Made by a program: the position numbers and the translations under genes. A stretch of DNA of 63,406 bases, filler included, from Lenisia limosa (lineage: Eukaryota; Protista; Breviatea), in the NCBI GenBank assembly GCA_001655205.1. It is 8 parts of 8 records of this genome, joined end to end, with 100 filler letters (N's around TTAATTAATTAA, not from the genome) between each part and the next. Parts side by side here need not be neighbours in the genome. Positions count along the whole stretch, not along the records: positions 27,998 to 50,227 come from LPNZ01002320.1; positions 50,328 to 53,735 come from LPNZ01004685.1; positions 53,836 to 55,589 come from LPNZ01001119.1; positions 55,690 to 61,613 come from LPNZ01005262.1; 4 more parts are not named here. The stretch is one strand, 5' to 3'. Positions 49,544 to 61,500 of this stretch are shown in pieces (the stretch's first letter is position 1; each line of letters opens with the position of its first letter). The notes under the pieces are model-generated. The model had not been told where the DNA came from. It saw nothing but the letters and a program-made list of their open reading frames with translations, and searched no databases.

Positions 49544-51064
49544 GTATGTATATTTCCGTATTTACCATATGAAGGTTATTAAGCCCCCTGATCTCTCCCG
49601 GAAAACTCTTGCATNNNNNNNNNNTTCATAAAGTTTTAAATGGAAAGATCGTAATGGAAAGGTATGTACATATCCGTATTTACCATATGAAGGTTATTAA
49701 GCCCCCTGATCTCTCCCGGAAAACTCTTGCATTGAGAAGATTAAAAGACCTTCACCCCAAAAGCCAAAAATCCGACTTTTATATTCTGCGATTTAAACGG
49801 TCCCTCTGTTGTCCAGGTTTGTGACACCTCCCCCCCCTGGAGTGTTTTTAACGATTTCAGGTCTCAATTAAAACTGACTCAGCAACCATTGTTAGACAGG
49901 ACCTTGAGCAATGCAAAAAAAAAGTCAGAATGGAATACTATACAATAGTTGACTTTGTATATTTTTGCTTAATTGTAAATATTATAATCGTAGGAGTTCG
50001 AGATATTAATTTCCGTAATCTTTTGAAATACCCCAAACGTATTCTTTTTTTAGCTTCTGGATTACGTTATTTTGCGTAATCTTATGAAATACGCTAAATA
50101 ACGTTTTTTTTTTCAATTATATGGTGTACCCCCTCCCTGCTTTTTGTTTTTTACTGGAGCAGAGTAAAACCAAAATGAACTATTTTTAAATTCAATTTCC
50201 CTTATATTCTAACCATTGGGAGAAGAANNNNNNNNNNNNNNNNNNNNNNNNNNNNNNNNNNNNNNNNNNNNTTAATTAATTAANNNNNNNNNNNNNNNNN
50301 NNNNNNNNNNNNNNNNNNNNNNNNNNNCCAAAAAAAAAGCACAACTCTGTCATTTTACAACATGTGAGCATCCTCACAATACTGCCCCCTTGTATCTGTC
50401 ACGTTTTTGTTTCATATCCCGCCACACAAACACACACACCTTTGTACCAATTGCATTGGCAACACCGGTTACAGCGTCCCTGTCAAAAGTCCCGCCAGTT
50501 ACGCAGTAAACATCGAGGACCAAACATTTGGTGGTGGGCAGCCCGGCTGTGGTGGAGACGGATCCGGCTTTTTGCGACTGTTATGGGTGTGGGATGAGGG
50601 TAGGGNNNNNNNNNNNNNNNNNNNNNNNNNNNNNNNNNNNNNNNNNNNNNNNNNNNNNNNNNNNNNNNNNNNNNNNNNNNNNNNNNNNNNNNNNNNNNNN
50701 NNNNNNNNNNNNNNNNNNNNNNNNNNNNNNNNNNNNNNNNNNNNNNNNNNNNNNNNNNNNNNNNNNNNNNNNNNNNNNNNNNNNNNNNNNNNNNNNAATC
50801 AGAAAAAATGGGAATGTGACAGACTCAATCAGAAAAAATGGGAATGTGAGACACAATCTGATAGCTACTTGATACATTTAGAAATAGAAAAGACGATATG
50901 GACACAATGTACTGTACTCATAGGAAGTACAGTACTCATAGGATTAGAAGACAATGTNNNNNNNNNNNNNNNNNNNNNNNNNNNNNNNNAAGTAGATAGA
51001 AGATAGGATGGTATGTAGATACAATTAGAGAGACTTCTCCCCTCATCACCCCCCCCCCCTCCAC

Positions 51065-53735
51065 CTTGCCTTCACCCGAGATGTCCGTCAAAGCTGAGCT
51101 GTTGAGAGAGCCACTTAAGTCAATCTGAAGGAATAAGCAAAGGAGGGGGGGAGCTTCCTTTTTATTTTTGTGTCTTGTTGAAATCCCTAAGTCGACTCCG
51201 TGAAATTGATTGAGAAATTTATTTGATTGTGAAGTGACACAAAGTAACAAGATCCCCTTTTCAGACACTTTATTACAAATTTATCAATGAGAAATAAAAA
51301 ACAAGGTTGTATCTGGCCGAAGCCGCTTATAAGAGATATTGGGTTAAAGTATCAAATTTATCAATGAATTTCTTAAGAACTACTATATTTCATGGAGTCC
51401 CCCTTACGATGGAGGCATTGAAATCGACTTTGTCGGAGGTTTGCAGGACAGAGGAGAGAATAGGCTTGTTGTGAACCTACAGAATGATAAAGAACGACAG
51501 GCGGTCAGTTCGGTTCGGTAAATCCAATATTAGGTGAAATCAGTTTTGGTAAAATAGCGTTTTGATCTCAGTTCGGCTCGGTAAATTGACTATAACCGAA
51601 CCGAAACGAAGTGAAACACTGCCTGATCGAACAATTTAACAGCATAACTTTCCTCCTCCCTATAAAGATCCATACCCTCACCTAGGGCGTTTTTTCGAGG
51701 ATTTATCGAAATATTCAGTCATTATTTACCAAAGTGCAGCCCTATCCCCACATTATCTAAATTAGCTTCAATATCTAAATTAGCTTCAATACAACTAGGG
51801 CTTCGCTCCAGTTACAACAGACCGATGACAAATCCTCGAACTACCGGTCTTTTTATGACTGGTAAGCCTTACATTATAGCCCCCCTTACAGGATCGATGA
51901 TGACTTCGTTGTCGTTTGAGGGTCTAACATGAACCACGGTTGCAGCATCGGGGAGAAGAAAGGTGTGTGCAAGGTTCAGAAGTTTCAACGAGCGTAAGGC
52001 TCGTGCGACTGGGCTGTGGGGGGGGGGGGNNNNNNNNNNNNNNNNNNNNNNNNNNNNNNNNNNNNNNNNNNNNNNNNNNNNNNNNNNNNNNNNNNNNNNN
52101 NNNNNNNNNNNNNNNNNNNNNNNNNNNNNNNNNNNNNNNNNNNNNNNNNNNNNNNNNNNNNNNNNNNNNNNNNNNNNNNNNNNNNNNNNNNNNNNNNNNN
52201 NNNNNNNNNNNNNNNNNNNNNNNNNNNNNNNNNNNNNNNNNNATTAGATAATACTGATTAGCTGATCATTTGTCTACCAAACCAAGCTAATCATTTACCT
52301 GACAACTCTCAGCGAATCGTTTGCCTGGCAAAAGCTTACCCATTCAATGCTTCTTCTGCAGATACCCGATACTCCAGCGGAATGAGGTGTATGAAGGTTC
52401 TGAGGGAGAGGTAAGGCATGAAGTTTCTGAGGGAGAGGTAAGGCGTATGAGAGTTCTGGAAGAGGAATGATATTTTATTTATGTGATGCATAACCCCTGT
52501 AGCAAACTGATGAAACAATAACAAAATATATAGAAGTGAGAAACAAAAAACAAGGTTGTACGAAACCTTCTACCCCAATTGAATTATCGTATCAACCCAC
52601 ACCGTCACGTTTATTTTCCACACCATCACGCTGATAAGCGATATTGCACTTTTTGCATCTGGCCAAAGTCATCCACACCATCACGAAAAGAAGCTTACTT
52701 TTGTAGTTTGAGATGTTGGAGGTGCGAGTACTGAGCGGAAGACTGCGAACCTGGGCTGTCTTCGTCCCCATTCGATATGACGTCTACCGGGTTATTGTGT
52801 TGAATATCTAACGAGTTATTTTTCACAATATTGTTCACATTGTTCACGACTGGGATTCACCCCCCCCCCCCAATAACAAAACACCCCTCACCAGAGTTTG
52901 GCATCAAGAAAGGCGGAAGGATGCGGGTGGCGACAGCGTCACGCAACAATGCCGAATGAAGCGATTGCGTAATGAGCGTCGAAATCGTGGCTCGGAGCTG
53001 AGTCTGGACTTCGGGAGACTCCAGGCCTTTATTTCCTAATATGTTCAGAAAAAGATTCGTAAACTATCGAAATATATCGGAGGATTTTTCAAGACATTCA
53101 GTTATTTTCTGGATCAGAGTGAAGGGCATCAACAGAACCATATTGTATCATTTTCAGACATGCAAAGCCGGTGGAAAAGGTGGTGAAATGTGAATAATAT
53201 TGACAAGAATATCGGTTGAGGGAACGAACGTATGATCTTTTTGAATATACTTTCACCATCTTGAACCGCCTCTTTCGATATATCCCCCCCTTCTCCCAAC
53301 TTGGATGGTAAAGACGGACACAAACGTGCTTATTTTCAATAGAAATCGTAGCCAAAAGCTCCTCAAAGTCCTCCAGTGTTTCCTGTGGAATAAGCGGCAA
53401 AATCGGAATAAGAAAGCCAATGAGAACGTTGTAATGAGTATCTTGTGTGTGTGTGTGTGTTAAAGAGATACCCCTAATACCCAAGCTTATACGTGGGGCT
53501 TCACTTCGGTTCAAAAAGATTAAATTTCTCGATAAATCCTCGAAAACTATCGATACTCTGCTGGTCTTTTTTGAACCGAAGTGAAGCCCTACTTACACGC
53601 CCTTATGTCCAAGCCTTCACCCCAATACCTTAGCTGTGGGAGACCAGAGGGGCGACGGCGAGGGCGATCCGATGCTTCGCTCCTCATCGTTTGCCGTGAT
53701 AATGGAGAGCGGTGACCTTGGCGAAACTGTTGGAA
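51065..53735 (-). CDS. Hypothetical multi-exon protein, partial
   Basis: GT-AG exons encode ETLEDFEELLATISIENKH, SPEVQTQLRATISTLITQSLHSALLRDAVATRILPPFLMPNS, TFIHLIPLEYRVSAEEALNG, PVARALRSLKLLNLAHTFLLPDAATVVHVRPSNDNEVIIDP-VHNKPILSSVLQTSDKVDFNASI. No family recognised. Confidence 0.5.
51521..51626. mobile_element. MITE-like element related to the GGGCTTC family
   Basis: Ends CAGGCGGTCAGTTCGGTTCGG and CCGAACCGAAACGAAGTGAAACACTGCCTG are imperfect inverted repeats; no clear TSD. Confidence 0.55.
53494..53591. mobile_element. hAT-type MITE (98 bp) in an intron
   Basis: 22-bp perfect inverted repeat GGGCTTCACTTCGGTTCAAAAA / TTTTTGAACCGAAGTGAAGCCC; flanks CTTATACG (53486-53493) and CTTACACG (53592-53599) form a 7/8 TSD. 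Confidence 0.85.
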
Positions 53736-54139
53736 NNNNNNNNNNNNNNNNNNNNNNNNNNNNNNNNNNNNNNNNNNNNTTAATTAATTAANNNNNNNNN
53801 NNNNNNNNNNNNNNNNNNNNNNNNNNNNNNNNNNNAAGAGATATTTGACTATAGTATAATACTAATACACCCAATCGTTTGCCTTAAAACTCAGTGCACA
53901 CAGCTTTCTGCGTGCCTCCCCAGCATACCTACAAGAATTAGATTCATGACTAAGGACAATAGCCCCTGTATAATAACCCAGGTAGGCCCTCCTAAATCCG
54001 TCCTATGTCACAGATTCAGGAGGTGCCAGAGAGTTAGAACTGCAGACATCAAAGGCTTTATAGAATAATTTTATCGTAAACATTGACAACGTCTTCAAAG
54101 GAGAACAGATTATAAGTGGATCAATAGTAGGACTAGGTC

Positions 54140-55040
54140 TCAGGTGGAGAGATCCCCAAGTCTTAGGCCGGTGAGGTTGCTTAGGAGAATCGCCCTCAGT
54201 TTTGTTTGATGAGGTGTCATAAATGCAAACTTGAATTTGAAGATGAACGATATCGTTAATTTCTTGAGGAATGCAAGATTATATCCATTGGTATTAAGGG
54301 TTCGGATGAGACGAACAACGTTGTAGGCGAAGTGTCTCGGTTGAGAACACAATCGACCGTAACGCGTGAGTTGCCCTTTCAAGACACCTTTTACAATATG
54401 TTTCGGAGTAGTGGAATGGATGTGGGTATTGATTGACTGTAAAACAAAAATCCCTTCGTTTATCGTATATTGAAGTTTTGATATGATTCCTATAAATGTT
54501 AACCTGTTTACCAAGATAACCCACTTCAGTTGTGGAAGCGGATGTTTGCGATAATTGCAGATAGGGTGGGTAGATCGGGTCAATATCATCAGATGTTGGG
54601 ATAATATGTTTATGGAAGCTATGATGAGGGTCAATCAAGAGAATATCATCAACAAGCCAAGGCGTTGTTGAAGGTTGATATCACTGTGTCGTCCTGGTGA
54701 CTCCCTTTCGTGGCGATACAGCCCAAGGTTAGCGAGCAGAGGAGCTGCATTGGTACCCATGGGTAGGCCGACCGTTTGATGAAAGGTGATCTCACCATTA
54801 TGAACATACGTATTAGAAACAACCCAGTGAAGTAGATCATAGATATCAGATTTAGACAAGACACTATTGGTTCCATGCTAGCGTTGAACGAATCCAGATT
54901 TGAGACATAATTTCAGATGGCCAATAGAGATGTTATCCCGTTCAAAAATATGCCTTTAACATCATTTATGAGGTCAACTTGGTATAAAATGTTGAGAAAC
55001 CATATGTATACAGAGAATGGGCAGTCCCAATATGATTAAT
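54140..55040 (-). mobile_element. Penelope-like retroelement reverse transcriptase, Naiad/Chlamys type, frameshifted and 5'-truncated
   Basis: SLYTYGFSTFYTKL, HQTVGLPMGTNAAPLLANLGLYRHE, IYPPYLQL, YLG, TSIYDKRRDFCFTVNQYP, GVLKGQLTRYGRLCS...LNTNGY match PLE RT motifs (TYDFSTLYT, GIPMGTNCAPLLADLFL, LYDKRDDF, SQLxRYARxCS). Confidence 0.85.
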
Positions 55041-55779
55041 TCGTTGTGCTTTGTTATAGTTATAAGATCAAGCTATGGTACACATTCCCTCTGGAAAATA
55101 GGCAGAAAAGAGAAAAAAGCCGTATCTGGCCACAACCTTCCAGACCATTACATTTAAAAAAGATAGTATTGATTACAGTAGAGTGTTAAACACCCAACCT
55201 AATGTTATTCTGATGTATTGTCAATTAATCTCAAACACAGCAAGCGTCATATTTTTTTTGCATTCCTACCCGGCGGTGATGGGCTTCTATCGTGACGTCG
55301 ACGGCTCCTGTTAATGTTAACAGGAAATATACTTTTACATTTTATTAAGCCTTCACCAATTTCTCTATTTAAGTGAATAGGCAGCTTTTACAATGGACTT
55401 GTCTGTGTTATCCTTAAACATCTTGTCTCTTCGTTCGTTATGTTGGATCTTTTGTTACAAAGAAAGTAAGGCATGGATTCCACTTCATAAAAATCGCTCA
55501 AAGCTGACCACAGTCACCAAATATTTATATAATATATGCTGCTGCACGGAAACCGTGTCATTTATGAGAAACCGTGTCATTTATGATTTNNNNNNNNNNN
55601 NNNNNNNNNNNNNNNNNNNNNNNNNNNNNNNNNTTAATTAATTAANNNNNNNNNNNNNNNNNNNNNNNNNNNNNNNNNNNNNNNNNNNNATATATATATC
55701 TAAACATATACAGATATAATATGTTTTCAAATATTGACACTTTTTTGTTTTAAAAGGAAAGCAGTCTGGTTAAACCGAA

Positions 55780-55962
55780 AAAGGAATGGTTGAAATCCCC
55801 ACAACTCCCACTTTCCGTCTCCAAGTTGAGCTTGTCCTGGGAAAGGAGAACATTAGCAGCACTTCGTTTTGAGTTTGCGGTCCACTGTGACAGCTCAGCA
55901 AAGAGAGAGTCACACTCTGCTGAAAGCTCCGACAGTGGAACTGACGTTGTCTCTTCTTCCAT
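55780..55962 (-). CDS. First exon of a hypothetical gene running to the scaffold end
   Basis: ATG-initiated MEEETTSVPLSELSAECDSLFAELSQWTANSKRSAANVLLSQDKLNLETE followed by a GT donor. Confidence 0.35.
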
Positions 55963-56189
55963 TGCAAATGGCGATGCGAAATATACCTACTCGGTTTTCA
56001 GCCTTACTGGTAATCTTCTACTAATGTTTTGTTCACGTGTGGAGAGAGGAAGAGAAGAAGGGATGCAGGATGAAAAGGACGATAAGAACACAAGTTACGG
56101 CGCTATAGATTAAAAGGTGCAAAATGAAAATTTAGCCAAATCATCCATCAGAATCGAGTGAATTAATGTATATTAAGTAGTTTCTCAAT

Positions 56190-58750
56190 CAGATGTTCCT
56201 CCAGAAGAAGCCCCCAATCCCAGCTGATCTTGTTGAAGAGTAAGTCCAGGGTCTTCTATTGCTTCTTTTGAGCCAGTTTTATCAGATTTTATTATTTTAT
56301 TGGACCATTGATTGATTCCCCTTTTCACTGCCAGTTTTGCAGCCCTCAACGCGTTTTGCCGCGCGCTGGCTCTGAAGAAGTCCTATCACCCCCAAGGTCG
56401 GCGTTGTACCTTTTTTTTATTAGTTTCGTGTGATATATTTCACCCATTAGCACTCAGCATAGAGTGGCTGATTGCACTGCATGACCATGAGGACTACCCC
56501 TATACCAAAATCGACAACATCCGACAATACAATGTATGGACTTTGTTTCTTTGTGTTCGTGGGGTTATTTTCTTTTCAAGGATGACCATTTAGGATATAT
56601 TGAGTTACAGTGTGACTTTGCTGAGATCAGTGCTGAAGAATCATTACGAGGTTTGTTTTCTCCTTTGCATTGGCGTTTAATTACAATTCAGAAAGAAACC
56701 AAGAAAGCAGTATGAGGAGGCAGGGCTTTGGCTCTGGGGTTTGGGAAGGGTTTGGAATTCATAAAACATTTTAGAATGCAATGTAATACCATGGTTCCAC
56801 CACTATGTTTACGTGGCGTGGTTGACTGCTTCAACCCTCACTTCATCTTCATTTATCATAGAGTGAAGAAGCACGAAGCATTTGTCTGATCCTTCTTCGG
56901 GCAATTTCCAGTCCAGCTATACAGGACATCATTGACATATCTCTTTCCCCATCTGCCACACCCGCGGAAGTGCAAAATGCCTTCTCTCGCTTGGTNNNNN
57001 NNNNNNNNNNNNNNNNNNNNNNNNNNNNNNNNNNNNNNNNNNNNNNNNNNNNNNNNNNNNNNNNNNNNNNNNNNNNNNNNNNNNNNNNNNNNNNNNNNNN
57101 TGCTTAATTTTTTTTTTTGAATAACAGCCATCATTTCAGGACGGGGGCTTGAATTGGCCCTCAGCCCACAGCCCAGATGATGAGATTGAAGCCGCTTTAG
57201 CTGAAATGAAAGTTAGTGCAACGGATTAATATCTTCGATAAGAGAATAGTCCGTATTAATGATATTAGGATGCAATAGTGAGTCGGACGTTAGGTCGCTT
57301 TCTCCCAAGAAAACGCCAGGAACCGGATGCGCAAAATGAGGTTGGTGTGTTTTTGCATGTTGGATCTCAGCAGAGCAACAGGTTTTTTGGGTACTGATTT
57401 GAATTCGAAGATTCCAAAAAGAAAATTACTTGATATGTTCTCGATTGGATTCCAGGAACAAATTGTCCTTTTATGACATCGCAGGAACCTGCAACAGACC
57501 AGTCCGCTAAAAGACGTCGGAGAAGGGGGGATGAAGATGGTGAGGGCGGATAACTTTTGTTCTCAAATGGTCAGTTATTTCTGTTTACTATATCAGACAA
57601 TGAGCCTATCAGTCGAACACGTCGGGCAAAAGCTGCTCTTGCATTGCAGCGGAGAAAGGAATACGAAGAATTGGAGAATGAATTCTCAGAGATGGAGCCT
57701 GAAATTGAGAAAGAATCTGAGTTTGAGAAAGAATCTGAAATAGAGAAGAAATCTGATGATTCTGAGAAGGAATTCGAAGGGGTACACAGTGATAACAGTG
57801 TCGTTGAAAGGTTGTCTGAAGATGAAGAAGATTTTGAAAGGAGACACGATGACAAGGTTGTAGAAGAGAGCGAAAGTGAAGATGGTGAAGAAGAAGAAGA
57901 GGAGGAGGAAGATGGAGATGAGTACGAAGAAGAAGTTGAAATGGATCAAGAAGAAAAAATTGTAAAACAAGCAGACATTGATGTTGAAGAGGAGAGGCAA
58001 GTGCATATTGTTCAAGAAGAAGGAGAAGGAGAAAGTGATAATGATAGTGTGGAAGAAGAACAAGAGAATGTTAAAGAAGAAGAACAAGTAGAGATTGCTG
58101 ATGATGATGAAGAACAAGTAGAGATTGCTGATGATGATGAAGAAGAAGTAGAAGGAGATAATGATGATGAGATTGGTGGTGAAGCGAAAGAAGATCAAGA
58201 GGATAATGATGAAGAAAAAGTGGAGATTGGTGAAGAAGGTGAACTGAGAAAGGTTAATGATGTTGATGAAGAAGAGTTGGAATGCACAAAGGAAGTGCAT
58301 CAAGACGAAAATGAGGACGTGATAGATGAAGTTATTCATGATGAGGACAATGACATACAGGAAGAGGTTGAAGAAGCAGGTTTTGAAGAGGAAAGTGAGA
58401 GTGACTCCGATAGTAGTAGAAAACAACAGGAAGAGAATACGTCACCACTTCAAAAAATCCTTGCAGAGGCAAAGCAGAAGGCGTTAGAACGAGAAATGAA
58501 GAAAAAAACGAGGGAGGAAAGGAAGAAGGAGGAAAAGATTAGGAGGAAAGAAGAGAAAGCTGAAGCCAAAAAGAAAAGAAAAGAAGAAAAGAAGAAAGAA
58601 AAGAAGATAGAAAAGAAGAAGATATTGAGGAAAGAACTACTTTTGAAGCAACAGTTGAAAGAAATGTCTCGTTTGAAAGATGAGGAATCCGATTCATCAA
58701 ATGTAGGTGATGTTGCTCGAGGATGTTTTTTTATAGAAGATGGACAGTAA
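56190..58750 (+). CDS. Hypothetical protein with a very acidic central region and a Lys/Glu-rich coiled-coil C-terminus
   Basis: Terminal exon ~57598-58750 is open for about 380 codons (E/D-rich with EEQVEIADDD repeats, then KKKTREERKKEEK...). Small upstream GT-AG exons (SIEWLIALHDHEDYPY, DILSYSVTLLRSVLKNHYE, DDEIEAALAEMK) are linked tentatively across a gap. Confidence 0.6.
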
Positions 58751-58929
58751 AAGTGTTCTCAAGATTTTTTGATGATGCCATGCTTTATTTTTGTAGGGGG
58801 TTGAAATCGAGTACGATAGCGACTAAGAAGGCTCTTTTGCTGGTAAGAGGGTAGTAGCATGTCAAAGGTTTATTGGGTATAATATTTGTTTGGAAATTTC
58901 GAAAAGTTCCGTTTTTGGGGGCCGTAGTA

Positions 58930-61500
58930 GTCACGGATTTTCTTCCTCTTTAATAAGGCTCATAATCCTCCAGTGGTTCAGCTCCAGCTTCAGCATGAAG
59001 GTCTATTGTGTAATTCTGAATGTCCACGTTTTCTATCAGGTAGTATTTATGACGTGTTTCTGAGAGTCAAATGAGTTATCTCTGATAGTATTTGAACTAA
59101 CGTCCTTTGAAAACCTTGTGAAAAAGACAATAACATATTAATAGAATCAAGAAACGACAAAACTACTGTACAAACTATTTCTTCCTAATTGAGGGATTAT
59201 CATGCTCCTGGATTAATCGCGAAGCTAAACAGTCACAACATCATCCATAATTGAATATCTTGAGTAATCCCCCCCAAACTGAGCTTCTGAGATACAATGT
59301 CCCAGTATTTGCCTTCGACGAGTTTGAAGAGTTGAGGGCCGTACGGCTCAGATGTGAGCGCCCAAATCAGCGCCTGGGAGGGGGTAAATGACTGTCTACA
59401 AAAATTTCAAAAATAAAAGTCTGGATAGTCGACTTTGCCGTATCAGAATGTGGATGTGGAATATATTAATCCTCTTCAAAGCCAACTTTTTCACAATGAG
59501 CAGAGTAGAAGAACCCATCTTTCCGACGTATGGTCAAGAATTTCTAAAGAATTAAAATGGAAAAGAAGTGTGAAAAGTGGAATAGAAGACAGATGGCTCG
59601 GAATAATTCTCACATTCTGAATTTGGGTCTTCATATACTGGGTTGAGATGGTGTCATTAGCGCTCTGTATGACCTTCAAGATAGAGATATGAAGCTCTGT
59701 CAGCTGGAAGGCGTGGATGGTGATGTTTTGAGACTCCGACTCAACTGAAATGGTGAAAAGAACAACACAAGGACGTTTTCGAATAAGTTTGAACCTTCAA
59801 ACCCTTGACAGCGGCCGCGGAGCGAGTTGTGCGTGGAATGGACGGCGGCGGCGGGTTGTCCGATTCTGACGAAGACAGGTCACTTTCGTCACCGTGCTGA
59901 GGGTCAAAGAGGGTCTTTCAGGGGGAGGAAGATTGTACATATTAAAAATAAAAACTACTTAACAAGTGTAGGATTTCAACAAACCTCTTTTAGAAGCTTC
60001 TCTTCCTTTATACGCTTTTCGTTATCCCTTTTGAGCTTTCGCATCTGTCTCTCCTTCTCTTTCTCCTTCCTCTCTAATATCTTCGCCTTTTCTATCTTCT
60101 TCATTTCCTTCATTTTAATCTTTTCCTTCTTTTCTCTTTCAATCTCCTGTTCCTTCTTCTTTTTCTCCAGCTCTCTCTTCTTCTCCTTCTCCTTTGGTGA
60201 AATGACTTCCTCCTTTTCCTTTTCCTTTGAATTACTTCGAGTTTTCGCTGAAAGGGTAAAAAAAAACAAAAAAAAAAAACAATGCAGTGAATTTAACAAA
60301 AAGAGAAACANNNNNNNNNNNNNNNNNNNNNNNNNNNNNNNNNNNNNNNNNNNNNNNNNNNNNNNNNNNNNNNNNNNNNNNNNNNNNNNNNNNNNNNNNN
60401 NNNNNNNNNNNNNNNNNNNNNNNNNNNNAGATATATTTTGACAGGTGAACTCTGCCCAAAATCCAACTTGCAAGCAAACAGAACGCCACACAGACCAGTA
60501 GTGTTGGGAGACGTTGCCAGCTTTCTTCCAGGTTTCTTGAGTAGGGACGGGGAGGGGGATGGAGTGGACGTGGCTGGCGAGGGAGTGCGGGGCGATTTCC
60601 TCCTGCAAAGTCGTAAGCAGGGCAATGGTGGTGTCAGCTCACTTCTTAATATTCGAATATCATCCATATGTAATTATGTCTATAGTAATACATCAAAAAA
60701 AAAAAAAAAAANNNNNNNNNNNNNNNNNNNNNNNNNNNNNNNNNNNNNNNNNNNNNNNNNNNNNNNNNNNNNNNNNNNNNNNNNNNNNNNNNNNNNNNNN
60801 NNNNNNTAAAGCAAAGCAAACTTGTCTTGTTTCTTCTCAGGGGTTGTTGACGCGGACAGTACAACTGGGGACCCTCTCATCTTCTTGCGTGGCAACACCT
60901 CATCTTCCGCGAGGTCAACGGTGACCTGTCTTTCCTCCTGTCATGGTGAATCATACAGAAAGTGTGAGGGGGAGAGAACACCCCACATGCAGTTCACACA
61001 CAATCGCAAACCTCAACAATGTCACCTTCTTCTTCCTCCTCCTCCTCCTCCTCCTCCTCTTCCTCATCGTTGTCTGCTTCAGGTTTCAGTTCACGTGCAG
61101 CTTGGCGTGTTCGCCTCCTGTTTTGTTCAGGCAGCTCAACATCCTAAAGAGGTGAGTCAACTGTCTAGAAAAAGATACTTTCCAAAAGGGATCAGCAAAC
61201 CTCGATGACAGTCAGGTCTGGTTTAACTTCTTTGGACATGTTTTCAAGTAAAGGCATCATAATCTGATGGTCAATGGGCTCAAGCAAAGTACACACAGGG
61301 CATAGAACAACCAGAGCAGTGGCAAACCCTTTCAACATGGTCATAGACCTTCTTCTGAATCGGGTCACTCAAGTCAAGGGGCTTGTGTTCGAAAATCATA
61401 CGGGACGGGTCGAAGAGCTTCTTTGTTTTGTCTGCACGGTGTGAGCAGAGAATCGGGCGTAAGAGGAGGAATAAGGGGCTAACCATGCTCTCGAGTAGCA
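58930..61500 (-). CDS. Low-complexity (acidic, Lys/Glu-rich, SP-rich) protein with a probable C-terminal winged-helix domain, 5' partial
   Basis: Spliced C-terminal region LHISILKVIQSANDTISTQYMKTQIQN-KFLTIRRKDG-QSFTPSQALIWALTSEPYGPQLFKLVEGKYWDI, with intron phases consistent. Upstream exons encode a poly-E tract, RKSPRTPSPATSTPSPSP and a KE-rich coil. Confidence 0.55.

Noticed and set aside
54060-54110. Hammerhead-like TGAAGA-CGT...ACG-A motif 3' of the PLE RT
   Set aside because: The core is mutated and stems I and III cannot be formed.
57686-60441. Long hydrophobic ORFs 57686-58426 (-) and 59827-60441 (+), also 9847-10344
   Set aside because: Antisense shadows of GAA/AAG-rich coding sequence, or AT-rich low-complexity DNA.
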